Assembly: GCA_016178685.1 (NCBI GenBank)
Contig: JACOSU010000081.1
Location: forward strand, 722-64,721
Length of the DNA: 64,000 bases
Direction: 5' to 3'
DNA from: Candidatus Eiseniibacteriota bacterium
GTDB lineage: Bacteria > Eisenbacteria > RBG-16-71-46
Part shown: in pieces, positions 38,517-48,026 of the stretch
How the letters are laid out: each line of letters begins with the position of its first letter
How positions within the stretch are numbered: the first letter of the stretch is position 1
Notes under the pieces: generated by a model
Told to the model about the DNA's origin: nothing
What the model saw: only the letters and a program-made list of their open reading frames with translations
The model's database searches: none
Translations under genes and position numbers: made by a program

Positions 38517-39725
38517 GTGAAGCTCAACACCCCGGGGACGCTCGCTTCGGACGGCGGCACGCCGGTGCGTTCCACGTTTCTCCCGCTCGCCCTGCCGTCG
38601 ATCGGCGAATCCGAAAAGCGCCGCGTCATCGAGACGCTGGAGTCGGGCTGGATCACGACCGGCCCGCGCTCCCACGAGCTGGCGACCCGGGTCGCGGAGC
38701 TGGCCGGCGCGCGTCACGGCCTCGCGGTGAATTCGGCGACCGGCGCCCTCCACCTCGCGCTCGCGGCGCTCGGCGCGGGCGCGGGCGACGAGGTCATCAC
38801 CTCCACGTACACGTTCGCGGCGTGCGTCAACGTGATCGAGCACGTCGGCGCGACCCCGGTGCTGGTGGACGTCGAGGCCGACACCCTTTCGCTCGATCCC
38901 CAGGCGGTCGAGGCCGCGATCACGCCGCGCACCCGTGTGATCCTCCCGGTCGATTACGCCGGGCATCCGTGCGCGATCGAGGAGATCGTGGCGCTGGCCC
39001 GCTCGCGCGGGTTGCGCGTGGTCGAGGATGCCGCGCATGCGCTGGGAGCGGCGTGGCGCGGTCGTCCGATCGGCTCGTTCGCGGACATCACCGCGTTCTC
39101 GTTCTACGCCACCAAGAACCTGACCACCGGCGAGGGCGGCGCGGCGGTCACGGACGACGAAGCGCTGGCCGAGCGCATGCAGGTGCTGTCGCTGCACGGC
39201 ATGAATCGAGACGCGTGGAAGCGTTACGCGGACACCGGATCGTGGTACTACGAAGTCGTCGCGCCGGGATTCAAGTACAACCTGAGCGATGTGCTGGCGG
39301 CGATCGGGCTCGGCCAGCTCGAACGCTTCACCGAGATGCAGCGGCGCCGTTCCGCGCTGGCGGTGCGCTACCACGCCGCTCTCGCCGAGGTGCCCGAGGT
39401 GCGGCGCCCCATCACGCGCGAGGGAGCCACTCACGCGTGGCACCTGTATCCGGTCGCGCTCCAGCTCGAACGCCTGAGCTGCGATCGCGCGCGCTTCGCG
39501 CGCGAGCTGCGAGCCGAGAACATCGGGTCTTCCGTGCATTTCATTCCGATCCACTTCCATCCCCATTTCCGCGACACGCTTCCCTACCGGGCCGGCGCCT
39601 TTCCGGTGGCCGAGGAGGCCTACCGCCGCGCGCTCACGCTGCCGCTCTACCCGGCCATGACCGACCGCGACGTCGACGACGTGGTGGCCGCGGTTCGCAA
39701 GATCGCGCGGCATTTCCGGGCCTGA
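38517..39725 (+). CDS. DegT/DnrJ/EryC1/StrS family PLP-dependent sugar aminotransferase.
   Basis: TGPRSHELATRVAELAG, DEVITSTYTFAA and FSFYATKNLTTGEGG (PLP-binding Lys). Length ~400 aa. Confidence 0.85.
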   Translation: MKLNTPGTLASDGGTPVRSTFLPLALPSIGESEKRRVIETLESGWITTGPRSHELATRVAELAGARHGLAVNSATGALHLALAALGAGAGDEVITSTYTFAACVNVIEHVGATPVLVDVEADTLSLDPQAVEAAITPRTRVILPVDYAGHPCAIEEIVALARSRGLRVVEDAAHALGAAWRGRPIGSFADITAFSFYATKNLTTGEGGAAVTDDEALAERMQVLSLHGMNRDAWKRYADTGSWYYEVVAPGFKYNLSDVLAAIGLGQLERFTEMQRRRSALAVRYHAALAEVPEVRRPITREGATHAWHLYPVALQLERLSCDRARFARELRAENIGSSVHFIPIHFHPHFRDTLPYRAGAFPVAEEAYRRALTLPLYPAMTDRDVDDVVAAVRKIARHFRA

Positions 39726-39747
39726 TCCGCCGCCGGAACGCACCGGC

Positions 39748-40743
39748 TCACCGGGAGGCCTCGCCCAGTGAGCGCAGCGACAGACCCTCGCGATTCAGGT
39801 ACCAGAGTCCGACCGCTGTGATCGGAAGCCACTGGCTCGCGAAGTAGAACCAGGAGAACGGCACCGCGGCCTCCTTCCCGACGTGGAACAGCGCGAGCCC
39901 CGCCACGCACGCCAGATTCAGCGTGCCGATGTAGCCGGGCGCAGCCGGCACCATGATCCCGATCGCGGTGATCACCAGCATGATGAGCCCGCCGTACCAC
40001 GCGATCTGGATGTGCAGCGCTGCCATGCTGATCGTGAGCCCCAGGGAGAAAGTGAGGAACATCACGAACGACAGAAAAAACACCCAGGACAGGCGCTTGA
40101 GATCGCGGAACAACCCGAGACCTTCCAGAAAGTGATCGAGCGCCCGCGTCACGCGTTCGCGAGCCGAGGCCGGCAGGAACCCGGCGGTCCAGCCGATCAT
40201 CGCGTGCGCGAGGCGCGGCTGGCGCTCGAGCGCCACCACGAACGCCGTGAGCGCCACGCTCAGCAACAGCAGCAGGCCGGCGCCGGCCTGCACCATGCGC
40301 CCGGCCTCGGTGTCGCCGCGCAGTGGATAGACCGCGAGCGCCATGCCGAGAATCGCAAGCAGCGTCAGCATGTCGACCGCGCGCTCCACCACGACGGTGG
40401 CGAGCAGCGTGGTCTTCGAAAGACTCTCGCGCCGCGCCAGCGCCCACGGCCGCACGAACTCACCGAGCCGGAACGGGAGCACGTTGTTCGCCATGAACCC
40501 GATCATGGTGGCGCTGAACAGGCTGCCGGTGCCGATCCGTCGCGGAGCGGTGATCAGCGAACGCCATCGCACCGCGCGAATCCAGAATCCCGCGAGCGTG
40601 ACCGCCATGACACCGATGAAGCCCCAGTAATTGGCGTGTCGCAGCGCCGCTCCCACCTCACCCACGTGAATGTCGCGCATCGAGATCCAGACGCACACCG
40701 CCGAGATCGTGAGGCCCACGAGCAGCCGGACGAGGCGGTTCAC
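39748..40743 (-). CDS. UPF0104 / LPG_synthase_TM-like (flippase-like domain) membrane protein.
   Basis: VNRLVRLLVGLTISAVCVWISMRDIHVGEVGAALRHANYWGFIGVMAVTLAGFWIRAVRWRSLI, then 6-8 further TM helices. GTG start overlaps the DUF2304 stop (GTGA). The N-terminal ~90 codons of the track ORF were rejected. Confidence 0.6.
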   Translation of the reverse strand: MNRLVRLLVGLTISAVCVWISMRDIHVGEVGAALRHANYWGFIGVMAVTLAGFWIRAVRWRSLITAPRRIGTGSLFSATMIGFMANNVLPFRLGEFVRPWALARRESLSKTTLLATVVVERAVDMLTLLAILGMALAVYPLRGDTEAGRMVQAGAGLLLLLSVALTAFVVALERQPRLAHAMIGWTAGFLPASARERVTRALDHFLEGLGLFRDLKRLSWVFFLSFVMFLTFSLGLTISMAALHIQIAWYGGLIMLVITAIGIMVPAAPGYIGTLNLACVAGLALFHVGKEAAVPFSWFYFASQWLPITAVGLWYLNREGLSLRSLGEASR

Positions 40744-41120
40744 GCGTTCCCCCGCGGGACACCGGCCGGGCCGCGCAGGGATTCGATCTGGTTCTGCAGC
40801 AGCCCCAGTTCGCGGGTCAGAACGCGATTCTCGCGGCCGAGACGCGACATCTGGATCGACATGTAGAGCAGCATCACGACCCCGAACGTGACTCCGAACG
40901 CGAACGCGGTCGAGCTTTCGTAGAGAATGCCCATGGCCCGCGTGATCGCCTGAAGCAGCGGCGTACTGAACCCGAGCGCTGCCATCGCGAGCGACGACAC
41001 CACCCACAGCAGTGAGTATTCCTCGGAAAGCCGGCGGCGGCGCACCAGCTCCAACACGATCAGCACCAGCGCCACCGCGCCGAACGCGAAGATCGCCTGG
41101 GTGCGCGAGAGAAAGTGCAT
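40740..41120 (-). CDS. Small membrane protein (DUF2304-like), GT2 partner. Paralog of 14810..15211.
   Basis: 126 aa: MHFLSRTQAIFAFGAVALVLIVLELVRRRRLSEEYSLLWVVSS...LTRELGLLQNQIESLR. Same architecture as the plus-strand copy. Confidence 0.55.
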   Translation of the reverse strand: MHFLSRTQAIFAFGAVALVLIVLELVRRRRLSEEYSLLWVVSSLAMAALGFSTPLLQAITRAMGILYESSTAFAFGVTFGVVMLLYMSIQMSRLGRENRVLTRELGLLQNQIESLRGPAGVPRGNA

Positions 41121-41131
41121 GGAACCCTCCT

Positions 41132-41842
41132 TCAGCGGGCCTGCGGACGCCGCAACATCGCCATGAGCGACGCGAGCAGGTTCTTGTACGGGTAATACAG
41201 CGATTTTCCGAGCGTGTAAAACGAACGGCCCGCGCGCCGCTCGCGCATGTGGGCCGGCACTTCGCACAGCCGGAACCCGGAGCGCGCCAGCGCGATCAGC
41301 AGCGGCGCGTCGGGAAAATCGTGAGGCAGATCGTGCTGGAACGCTTCCATGACTCCGCGCGAGTAGGCCCGGAACCCCGACGTGGTATCCGCGATCGCGT
41401 TCCCGATCGCGAGCCCCGTGACCGCCGAGAACAGCCGCATGCCGAGCCGGCGCGTGGCGGGCGCCTGATACCCGGTCGGAGTCCGGTAGCGCGATCCGAT
41501 CGACACGTCGAAACGACCGGCCAGCACCGGCTCGACCAGCACCGCGAGATCGGCGGGATCGTGCTGGCCGTCCGCGTCGAGCTGCACCGCGGCCTGGTAG
41601 CCTCGCGCGAGCGCGTACCGGAACCCGGTCTGGAGCGCGCCGCCCACGCCCAGATTCACGACGTGCCGCACGACCGGAACGCAGAGGGCGCGGGCGACGG
41701 CGCCCGTCGCATCGCGCGAACCGTCGTCCACCACCAGCAGGTCGAACTCGGGCGCGAGGTCGCGCACCTCGGCGATCGTGCGCGGCAGACTCTCCTCTTC
41801 GTCGTGGGCCGGGATCACGATGAGGCAACGCGCGCCGCTCAT
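41132..41842 (-). CDS. GT2 family polyprenyl-phosphate glycosyltransferase (DPM1/GtrB-like). Paralog of 13113..13919.
   Basis: MSGARCLIVIPAHDEEESL, LLVVDDGSRDAT and QLDADGQHDP. ATG at 41842 overlaps the flippase stop (ATGA). The upstream 370 codons of the track ORF were rejected. Confidence 0.8.
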   Translation of the reverse strand: MSGARCLIVIPAHDEEESLPRTIAEVRDLAPEFDLLVVDDGSRDATGAVARALCVPVVRHVVNLGVGGALQTGFRYALARGYQAAVQLDADGQHDPADLAVLVEPVLAGRFDVSIGSRYRTPTGYQAPATRRLGMRLFSAVTGLAIGNAIADTTSGFRAYSRGVMEAFQHDLPHDFPDAPLLIALARSGFRLCEVPAHMRERRAGRSFYTLGKSLYYPYKNLLASLMAMLRRPQAR

Positions 41843-43416
41843 TCCGCCCCCCGCGGCTCGGACGAGGGCACCAGGCGGCCCGCGGCCGCCACCAGCCCAT
41901 CGCGCGAGCGCCGCAACCATGCCCCCTGCACCGGCAACGACGAGAGTTTCTCGAGGTCGTAGCCGGTCACGAGCTGCAGCGCGAACAGCGCGAACACGCC
42001 GAGCGGCACCAGAGCGAGTCGCGCCGCGAAGCTCCAGCCGAAGATCGGCGGCCGGTCGAGCAGCAGGCCCGCCACCAGCAACGGCACGGTGACCGCGATC
42101 GCGGTCAGGGCCGCGCGCGCGCGGTCGGCCGCGCCTTCGCGCACCATGCGCGACAGAAGAACCAGCGCCGCGATGTACGAGACCACCGCTCCCGCGAGAT
42201 TGGCCCAGCCCGCCCCCATCATTCCGACCGTCGGGACCAGCGCGAAGTAACAGCTGAACTCGGTGCCGAACTTGATCAGCGCCAGGGTCAGCACGGTGCC
42301 GGGCCGGCGCATCGCCTGGAACAGCATGGTGAGGGGCTGCTGGGCGGTGCGCGCAATCGGAACCAGCGCCATCACGCGCAGCAGCGGCACCGCCGGCAGA
42401 AACAGCGGGCTTCCGACCAGCAGCGTGAGCTCGCGCGCGAACACGAACACTCCGAACGAGAGCACGCAGGCCGCGACCTGGATCAGCCGGAACGCCTGGT
42501 CGAACACGTTGCGCAGTCGCTGGCGTTCCTCGCGAGCGACCAGATGAGTGAGCGAGGGCAGCAGCGAGGAGGGAAGCGTGTGCGCCAGTTCGATGAAGCG
42601 CTCCAGGGTCTGAAACGCGAACGAGAAGTAGCCGAGCTGCGCCGAATCGAACAGCTTTCCGAGCACCACCTTGCCGAGATTCTGGCCCGACAGGAACGTG
42701 ATGCGCGCGCCGAGCAGCGGAAGGCAATACGCCGTGATCGAGCGCATCAACTCGCGCGGCCCGGCTTCGGGCTCGTCCGCCCGGTTGTCCCCGCGACGCA
42801 GCAGCCACAGCAGCACCAGCGTGCTCACGATGCCCTGCACGACCGTGAGCACGGTGAGCCCGACCGCCAGAGCCGCAAGACCCTGTCGCGTGAACCACAG
42901 CAGACCGACCATCAGCGTCTTCAGCACATGAAACACCACCGCCAGCAGGCATACCCATCCGAAGCGCTGCATGCCGTAGAGCGCCGCGCGCCCGGTGGTC
43001 GAGAACCCGTCGAACACCACCATCAGCGTGAGGAGCGGCAGCAGCATCGCGAGATCGGGGGTATGAAACTGGCCCGCGAGCACCGGCGAGATCACGAGCA
43101 GCAGCGCGCCCGCCACCGCGCCGAGCGCGAGTTTGAATCCGAGTGCCAGCAGGTGCGCCCGCCTGAGCGTCCGCAGCGCGCCTCGCGCCTGGTATTCGGC
43201 GGCGAATCGTTCGAGGTAGGTTTCGAAGTTGCCGGTCGCCATGGTCGCGAGCCCGGCGAACGAAAGCGCCAGCGTCATGATCCCGTACTTGGTGGGGCCC
43301 AGCCAGCGCAGCAGGAGCGCGAAATACATCGTGCCCGAGACCAGCGCCGCGACCTTTTCGATCGCGAGATAGAAAGCGCCCCGCGAGACGCTGCGCGCGA
43401 TTTCTCCGCTCTTCAT
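41839..43416 (-). CDS. MOP-superfamily polysaccharide biosynthesis protein (second Wzx-type flippase).
   Basis: The N-terminus SRGAFYLAIEKVAALVSGTMYFALLLRWLGPTKYGIMTLALSF is typical of polysacc_synt. 14 TM helices. Confidence 0.75.
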   Translation of the reverse strand: MKSGEIARSVSRGAFYLAIEKVAALVSGTMYFALLLRWLGPTKYGIMTLALSFAGLATMATGNFETYLERFAAEYQARGALRTLRRAHLLALGFKLALGAVAGALLLVISPVLAGQFHTPDLAMLLPLLTLMVVFDGFSTTGRAALYGMQRFGWVCLLAVVFHVLKTLMVGLLWFTRQGLAALAVGLTVLTVVQGIVSTLVLLWLLRRGDNRADEPEAGPRELMRSITAYCLPLLGARITFLSGQNLGKVVLGKLFDSAQLGYFSFAFQTLERFIELAHTLPSSLLPSLTHLVAREERQRLRNVFDQAFRLIQVAACVLSFGVFVFARELTLLVGSPLFLPAVPLLRVMALVPIARTAQQPLTMLFQAMRRPGTVLTLALIKFGTEFSCYFALVPTVGMMGAGWANLAGAVVSYIAALVLLSRMVREGAADRARAALTAIAVTVPLLVAGLLLDRPPIFGWSFAARLALVPLGVFALFALQLVTGYDLEKLSSLPVQGAWLRRSRDGLVAAAGRLVPSSEPRGAE

Positions 43417-43432
43417 GCGTCCCCCGCCCCCC

Positions 43433-44575
43433 TCACGCGGCGCTCCCCGTGAGCGCGTCGAGCTCCGACTCGAGAAATCCGCGCACGTCCCGCAGGTGCC
43501 CGACCTCTCGCGGGATCGGACGGTTGGACCACAGCAGGGCCGCCATGTCGGGGTGAGAGGGATCGTAGCCGTGCATGGCCGCGAGCGGACTCGTGCCCAT
43601 GAACGAGGGCACCATCAGAACGCCGGGATCGAGCAGGAACAGGTCTTCCCCGTACGCCGCGTCCGCGAACCGGGTTCCTTCGCGATCGAGATCTCCGGCA
43701 TCGAGCCAGCGGCCGGGCGCGCCTTCGAGCGCCGCGCGCACGGATTCGCGTGCCGCCCGACGGCGCCACCAGAATCGCGCCATGGTGGAATCGAAGAACG
43801 CGACGTAATCGCGCGGCCAGCCTACGGCGAGGCCCGCGAGCCGGGCCATCACATCCTCCGTGCGCGCCACGTCGACCATGCCGTGATCGGACAGCAGGTA
43901 GATCCACAGATCCTCGCCGCTCCGCTTCGCGCGCTCGGTCAGCCGCCCCACCACGGCGTCGTAGCGCGAAAGCGATTCGCGCACGCCGCTCCCGCGGCTG
44001 CCTTCGTGATGAAGCTGCGCGTCGAGATCCGCGGTGTAGACGAACAGGAATTCAGTGCTCTCGAGCTCGCGCTCGAGCCACGCCAGGTTGTCCTGCTCCG
44101 GCGTGCGCCAGTCGCGGTGAGCCCAGGGGACGCCGCTCTTTTCGAGCGTGTCCCACAGCGAAGGCAGCGGCAGGCCGCCCGGCGAAAACACATCGGCGCG
44201 CTCCGCGAGATCGAATTCCGCGAGGATCGGGCGCGGGACCTCGTAGAGGTTGAAGTATCCGCGCACGCCGCGGCGCCGGACCAGTCGCGTGAGGGCGCGG
44301 GACAGCATTCCGCTGCTCTGGAGCCGCTTCGGGAGCGCACGAAGCGCGCCGAAGCCGCGAAACGGCGAATCTGCGGAGCGGCGGCGATACATGAGAAAGC
44401 GACCGTGTTCGCACGGCATCCGCCCGGTGAACAGGGTGGGCAGGGCGCCAGAACTGAAACCCAGCACGGTGTCGAGCTTGCGCCGGTGTTCGAGCGGCGC
44501 CGCGAATCCCGGCGCCGCCGACGCCAGGTTCCAGCCCAGAGCGTCCACCAGCAGCACCACCATGCGGCGCTTCAT
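43433..44575 (-). CDS. Alkaline-phosphatase-superfamily enzyme of the type I phosphodiesterase / nucleotide pyrophosphatase (NPP, PF01663-like) family.
   Basis: MVVLLVDALGW (metal-binding Asp) and SSGALPTLFTGRMPCEHG (the T-x-P-x-x-x-TG-x-x-P-x-x-HG NPP motif). Also LLSDHGM and MHGYD. ATG at 44575 overlaps the upstream stop (ATGA). The N-terminal 150 codons of the track ORF were rejected. Confidence 0.65.
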   Translation of the reverse strand: MKRRMVVLLVDALGWNLASAAPGFAAPLEHRRKLDTVLGFSSGALPTLFTGRMPCEHGRFLMYRRRSADSPFRGFGALRALPKRLQSSGMLSRALTRLVRRRGVRGYFNLYEVPRPILAEFDLAERADVFSPGGLPLPSLWDTLEKSGVPWAHRDWRTPEQDNLAWLERELESTEFLFVYTADLDAQLHHEGSRGSGVRESLSRYDAVVGRLTERAKRSGEDLWIYLLSDHGMVDVARTEDVMARLAGLAVGWPRDYVAFFDSTMARFWWRRRAARESVRAALEGAPGRWLDAGDLDREGTRFADAAYGEDLFLLDPGVLMVPSFMGTSPLAAMHGYDPSHPDMAALLWSNRPIPREVGHLRDVRGFLESELDALTGSAA

Positions 44576-45813
44576 CGCGCTTCCTCGCTGCGCTGGCCAT
44601 CCAGGATCCAGCGATCCCACGCCCGCACCGCCATGGCCGCGGCCGCGCTCCACCCGGCCGCGCCGCCGGCCGGGATCACGCCCAGCCGGGCGAGCGCGGC
44701 ATTCGCCCGCGGCGCGAGCGCGGCCTCCCGCGGGAACGGCGCGTCGCGCGGATCCACCGGGGTTCCCGGCTCGAGCGCCGCGAGCAACAGGATCGCGGCC
44801 GAGGCATTCAAGCGATGTTGCGGCGTTCCGGCCGGCGCGAATCGCCAGCGGTTCCACGCCGATGGTCCGAGAGCGCCGCGCGTATCGAACGCTATCGCCT
44901 GCCGGACCCGGCTGCGAAAGCGGGAGCGGGAAGCGCTCGCGAGCGAGAGCGCGAAATCGTCGAGCGTCGCGGACCCGGCGATCGCGCGGGCGCGCCGCCG
45001 CCATGCAACGCACCACGCGCGCACCACGCGCTTCCATTCATCGTGGGCCTCGGAGCGTGAGGCCAGGAGCGTGGGTTCGCGGCGCCACGCCAGAGCGGCA
45101 TCCCACAGCGCCGTGGCCGACCCGTCCCTGGCCGCGTGCGTTCGAGCCCACTCCACGCGCGCCGCCGCACCGTCGGGCCACGCGCCGCGCTCGAGCGCCG
45201 CGACCGAGGCGAGGTCGAGCGCGACCTTGAGCGTCGCGTGCCGCGCGCGCCAGCGATCGAGCGGTGAGCGGCCGAGCGACGCGTGCGCGGCGAGCAGCTC
45301 GAAACCGCGATTCTCGAGCAGCAGCGTGATCTCTTCGCTCGTGACGTCGCCCGGTGCGTGATCGGGCACGCGATCGAGCCACGACGGTTCGCCTTCGAGC
45401 ACGCGACCGTGCCGTCGCAGTTCGAGCGTGCCGGGGCGCGCGCAGAGACGGGTGAGGCCCTCGGCCGTCAGGAATGCGGCCTCGAGCGGCGCCGCGAGCC
45501 CCGCATCGAGCAGCCTCGCGGCCAGCGTGGGCCGCGCGTCGCGTGCCCGGGCCCGGGCGGCGCGGCAGGAGGATTCGTCCGCGAGCACGACGTAGAGATC
45601 CACATCCGAAAGGCTGACCCGCCTTCCTTCCCACGCGATCCACACCGCCTCGGTGGTCGCGTGGCTGCCCGAGAGCAGCACCGCGCGCCGGGCCGGGCCC
45701 GCCCACGCGAGCGCGATTTCGAGCACGGCGTCCGGGGGGCCCGAAGCGAACGAGCCCGTGCGATCGGAATGGGACGGCACGGGCTCCTCGTGACTGTGCT
45801 GGAGCGGGATCAT
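44572..45813 (-). CDS. Hypothetical protein, possibly with a minimal nucleotidyltransferase (Pol-beta-like) fold.
   Basis: LLSGSHATTEAVWIAWEGRRVSLSDVDLYVVLAD fits the GS...[DE]xD nucleotidyltransferase signature. The rest is uncharacterised. Co-operonic with the NPP-family enzyme. Confidence 0.4.
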   Translation of the reverse strand: MIPLQHSHEEPVPSHSDRTGSFASGPPDAVLEIALAWAGPARRAVLLSGSHATTEAVWIAWEGRRVSLSDVDLYVVLADESSCRAARARARDARPTLAARLLDAGLAAPLEAAFLTAEGLTRLCARPGTLELRRHGRVLEGEPSWLDRVPDHAPGDVTSEEITLLLENRGFELLAAHASLGRSPLDRWRARHATLKVALDLASVAALERGAWPDGAAARVEWARTHAARDGSATALWDAALAWRREPTLLASRSEAHDEWKRVVRAWCVAWRRRARAIAGSATLDDFALSLASASRSRFRSRVRQAIAFDTRGALGPSAWNRWRFAPAGTPQHRLNASAAILLLAALEPGTPVDPRDAPFPREAALAPRANAALARLGVIPAGGAAGWSAAAAMAVRAWDRWILDGQRSEEAR

Positions 45814-45832
45814 CGGGCGGACCGGGCGGGGG

Positions 45833-46627
45833 TCAGATGCGGCGGTAGATGAACTCCGGAATCTCGAGCAGACGCCGGTTGAGCACGCTGCCCAGCACCC
45901 GCGCGCCCGCCTTGCGCAGCAGGTCCACCGAGCGGCTGAGCACGGGCTTCTTGGTGCGGCCCGCCTCGACCACCATCACGACACACTCGGCCACCGCTGC
46001 CAGCGAGGAGGCTTCCGCTGCGTAGAGCACCGGCGGGCCGTCGAGCACGATCCAGTCGTAGCGCGAGCCGAGCGCATCGAGCCGCGCTTCCAGGTCGGCC
46101 GGCGAGTAGATCTCCGTACCGCGAATCGCCTCGGGCACCGGCAGCAGGTCCACGACCGGGGCGCCTTGCGCATCGCTCCCGACGCCGAACAGGCCCGCCA
46201 GCGAGCCCGGTTCTCCCGGCCGAAGCGCGGGGCGCTGTGCGTTGGCATCCACGAACAGCACGCGAGAGCGAGGATCGCTGGCGAGCGCGATCACGAACTG
46301 CGCGGCGACGGTGCTGGTGCCCTCTCCCCCCTGCGCGCTCATGAAGACCACGGTGCGCGGCTCCCGATCCACGATCGACGACTCGAGGCTTACGCGCAGC
46401 GTGGTCATCTCGCGCATCACCTGATCCGGAAGGCCGGCCAGCACCGTCGCATGGAGCACCGTCGCCTGGGCCGCGGAGCCGAGCGCGCGGGCCGCAGAAT
46501 GGGCGGACGACGAAGGAATCGGCGTGACGGACGCGGGCGGCGGCGTCATCGCCGGAGCCGCCAGCGCGGGTGGTGGCGCGGAGCGCCCGGCCTCGGCTTT
46601 TCTCAGGGCGTCAAAGATCCGGCTCAT
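45833..46627 (-). CDS. Bacterial tyrosine (BY) kinase-type P-loop ATPase (Wzc C-terminal domain / EpsG/CpsD-like chain-length regulator ATPase).
   Basis: Walker A is VVFMSAQGGEGTSTVAAQFVIALA, Walker A' is VLFVDAN and Walker B is DWIVLDGPPV. ATG start at 46627 (MSRIFDALRKAEAG); an alternative GTG lies at 46651. Confidence 0.7.
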   Translation of the reverse strand: MSRIFDALRKAEAGRSAPPPALAAPAMTPPPASVTPIPSSSAHSAARALGSAAQATVLHATVLAGLPDQVMREMTTLRVSLESSIVDREPRTVVFMSAQGGEGTSTVAAQFVIALASDPRSRVLFVDANAQRPALRPGEPGSLAGLFGVGSDAQGAPVVDLLPVPEAIRGTEIYSPADLEARLDALGSRYDWIVLDGPPVLYAAEASSLAAVAECVVMVVEAGRTKKPVLSRSVDLLRKAGARVLGSVLNRRLLEIPEFIYRRI

Positions 46628-46652
46628 GTGCGGGGCCTTCCTCCTCGACACA

Positions 46653-48017
46653 TCAACGGGCCCGGCGCCGCTCGTTGAGCGTCGCCAGCACCGGAAGTTC
46701 GAGAGCTTCCTCGGCCTGGCTGGCGGTTCTCACCGTCAGGTCGAGGCCGTCGAGAAAGAACGCCAGCCCGATGCCCACCACCAGGCTGAACATGGGCGCG
46801 AGCGCCAGACGCACGTAATCGTGCGTGGTCTTCGAGGTGGCCCGGCCGGCCGGGCTCATCAGAACGATGCTCAGCGTCGGCGTCGTGTGCTGCGTGACGC
46901 GAGCCTGGTCGCTGACCCTGGACAGGTTTTCGAGGCGCGTCCTGAGCACGCCGATCTCGCGGTCCATCTCGGCCAGCCTGACCTGCTGGTCGGGCACGAC
47001 GGCCAGCTGGGTCTGGTAGGTGGCGAGGTTGCGATCGATGACCCGGCCCGAGGATTCGAGCGCGTGGATGCGCGCGTTCGACATGTCCATGCGCGTTCCC
47101 ACTTCCCGATGCAGAAGATTTCGTAGCGTATCGAGCGTCGCGGTCGCGTTCACCACTTCGGGCGAATCGTCGCGGTAGTGCTCCCGCAGCGTCGCGACCC
47201 GGGTCTCCTGATCGAGCACCTTGCGTTTGAAATCGACCAGCGCGTCGCTCGAGCCCTGGCCGCCCAGACCCGGCAACTCGATGTCCTGGCGGTCACGCAT
47301 GGTCTCCATGGCGGCCACCGTCGAACGCATCTGCGCGAGATCCGCGTCGAGAGCGTCACGCTTCTTCTGCAGATCGCCGATCAGGTTCACGAGGCTTCGG
47401 GTCTGCTCCTCCGTGTCTGCGATGTGATTCTCATTCGTGAAGCGACGCCGGCGCTCCACCCAGTCCTCCAGTTCCTTCCGCACCCCCAGGATCTCGCCCT
47501 CGAAGAAGCCCTCGGGATAGCTCAGCGTCATGACGTTCTGGTGGTAATCGATGTAGGCGCTCAGCATCGCCCTGCACACCTGCTGCGCGATGATGGGATC
47601 GCGGTCCTCGTAGGCGAGCGCCACCAGGTTGCTCTTGCCCACGACCTCGGCATCCACCCGGCGCACGTCGATGCGCGGCACGGCGCCGGCGGACTCCTTC
47701 TCGAGAATCTTTCTCGCGAGCTCGAGGACGGGACCGCTGCGCGCGATCGCCATCTCGGTCGCCAGGTCGGATTCCCAGTCGTTCATCACCCGGCGGTCGG
47801 GCACCAGCACGCTCTGCTGTTCACCGCGCTTGATGAGGATGCGCCCGCTCGACACGTAGGACTTCGGCGTGCTGAGGGCGATCACCACCACCGTGACGGT
47901 CGCGACCGCGAACAATCCGATGATCAGCCACTTGCGCCGGAACACCACGGCGAGGAATTCGCGCGCGGTCGCCTGGCGGCCGGGGGCGGGGGCAAACTGC
48001 AGGGGGTTGTCGTTCAT
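46653..48017 (-). CDS. Polysaccharide co-polymerase / chain-length determinant protein (Wzz/PCP family, EpsF-like).
   Basis: TM1 (WLIIGLFAVATVTVVVIALS), a long coiled-coil periplasmic region, a C-terminal TM2 (FSLVVGIGLAFFLDGLDL) and a basic tail. Confidence 0.7.
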   Translation of the reverse strand: MNDNPLQFAPAPGRQATAREFLAVVFRRKWLIIGLFAVATVTVVVIALSTPKSYVSSGRILIKRGEQQSVLVPDRRVMNDWESDLATEMAIARSGPVLELARKILEKESAGAVPRIDVRRVDAEVVGKSNLVALAYEDRDPIIAQQVCRAMLSAYIDYHQNVMTLSYPEGFFEGEILGVRKELEDWVERRRRFTNENHIADTEEQTRSLVNLIGDLQKKRDALDADLAQMRSTVAAMETMRDRQDIELPGLGGQGSSDALVDFKRKVLDQETRVATLREHYRDDSPEVVNATATLDTLRNLLHREVGTRMDMSNARIHALESSGRVIDRNLATYQTQLAVVPDQQVRLAEMDREIGVLRTRLENLSRVSDQARVTQHTTPTLSIVLMSPAGRATSKTTHDYVRLALAPMFSLVVGIGLAFFLDGLDLTVRTASQAEEALELPVLATLNERRRAR

Positions 48018-48026
48018 GGCGATCGG

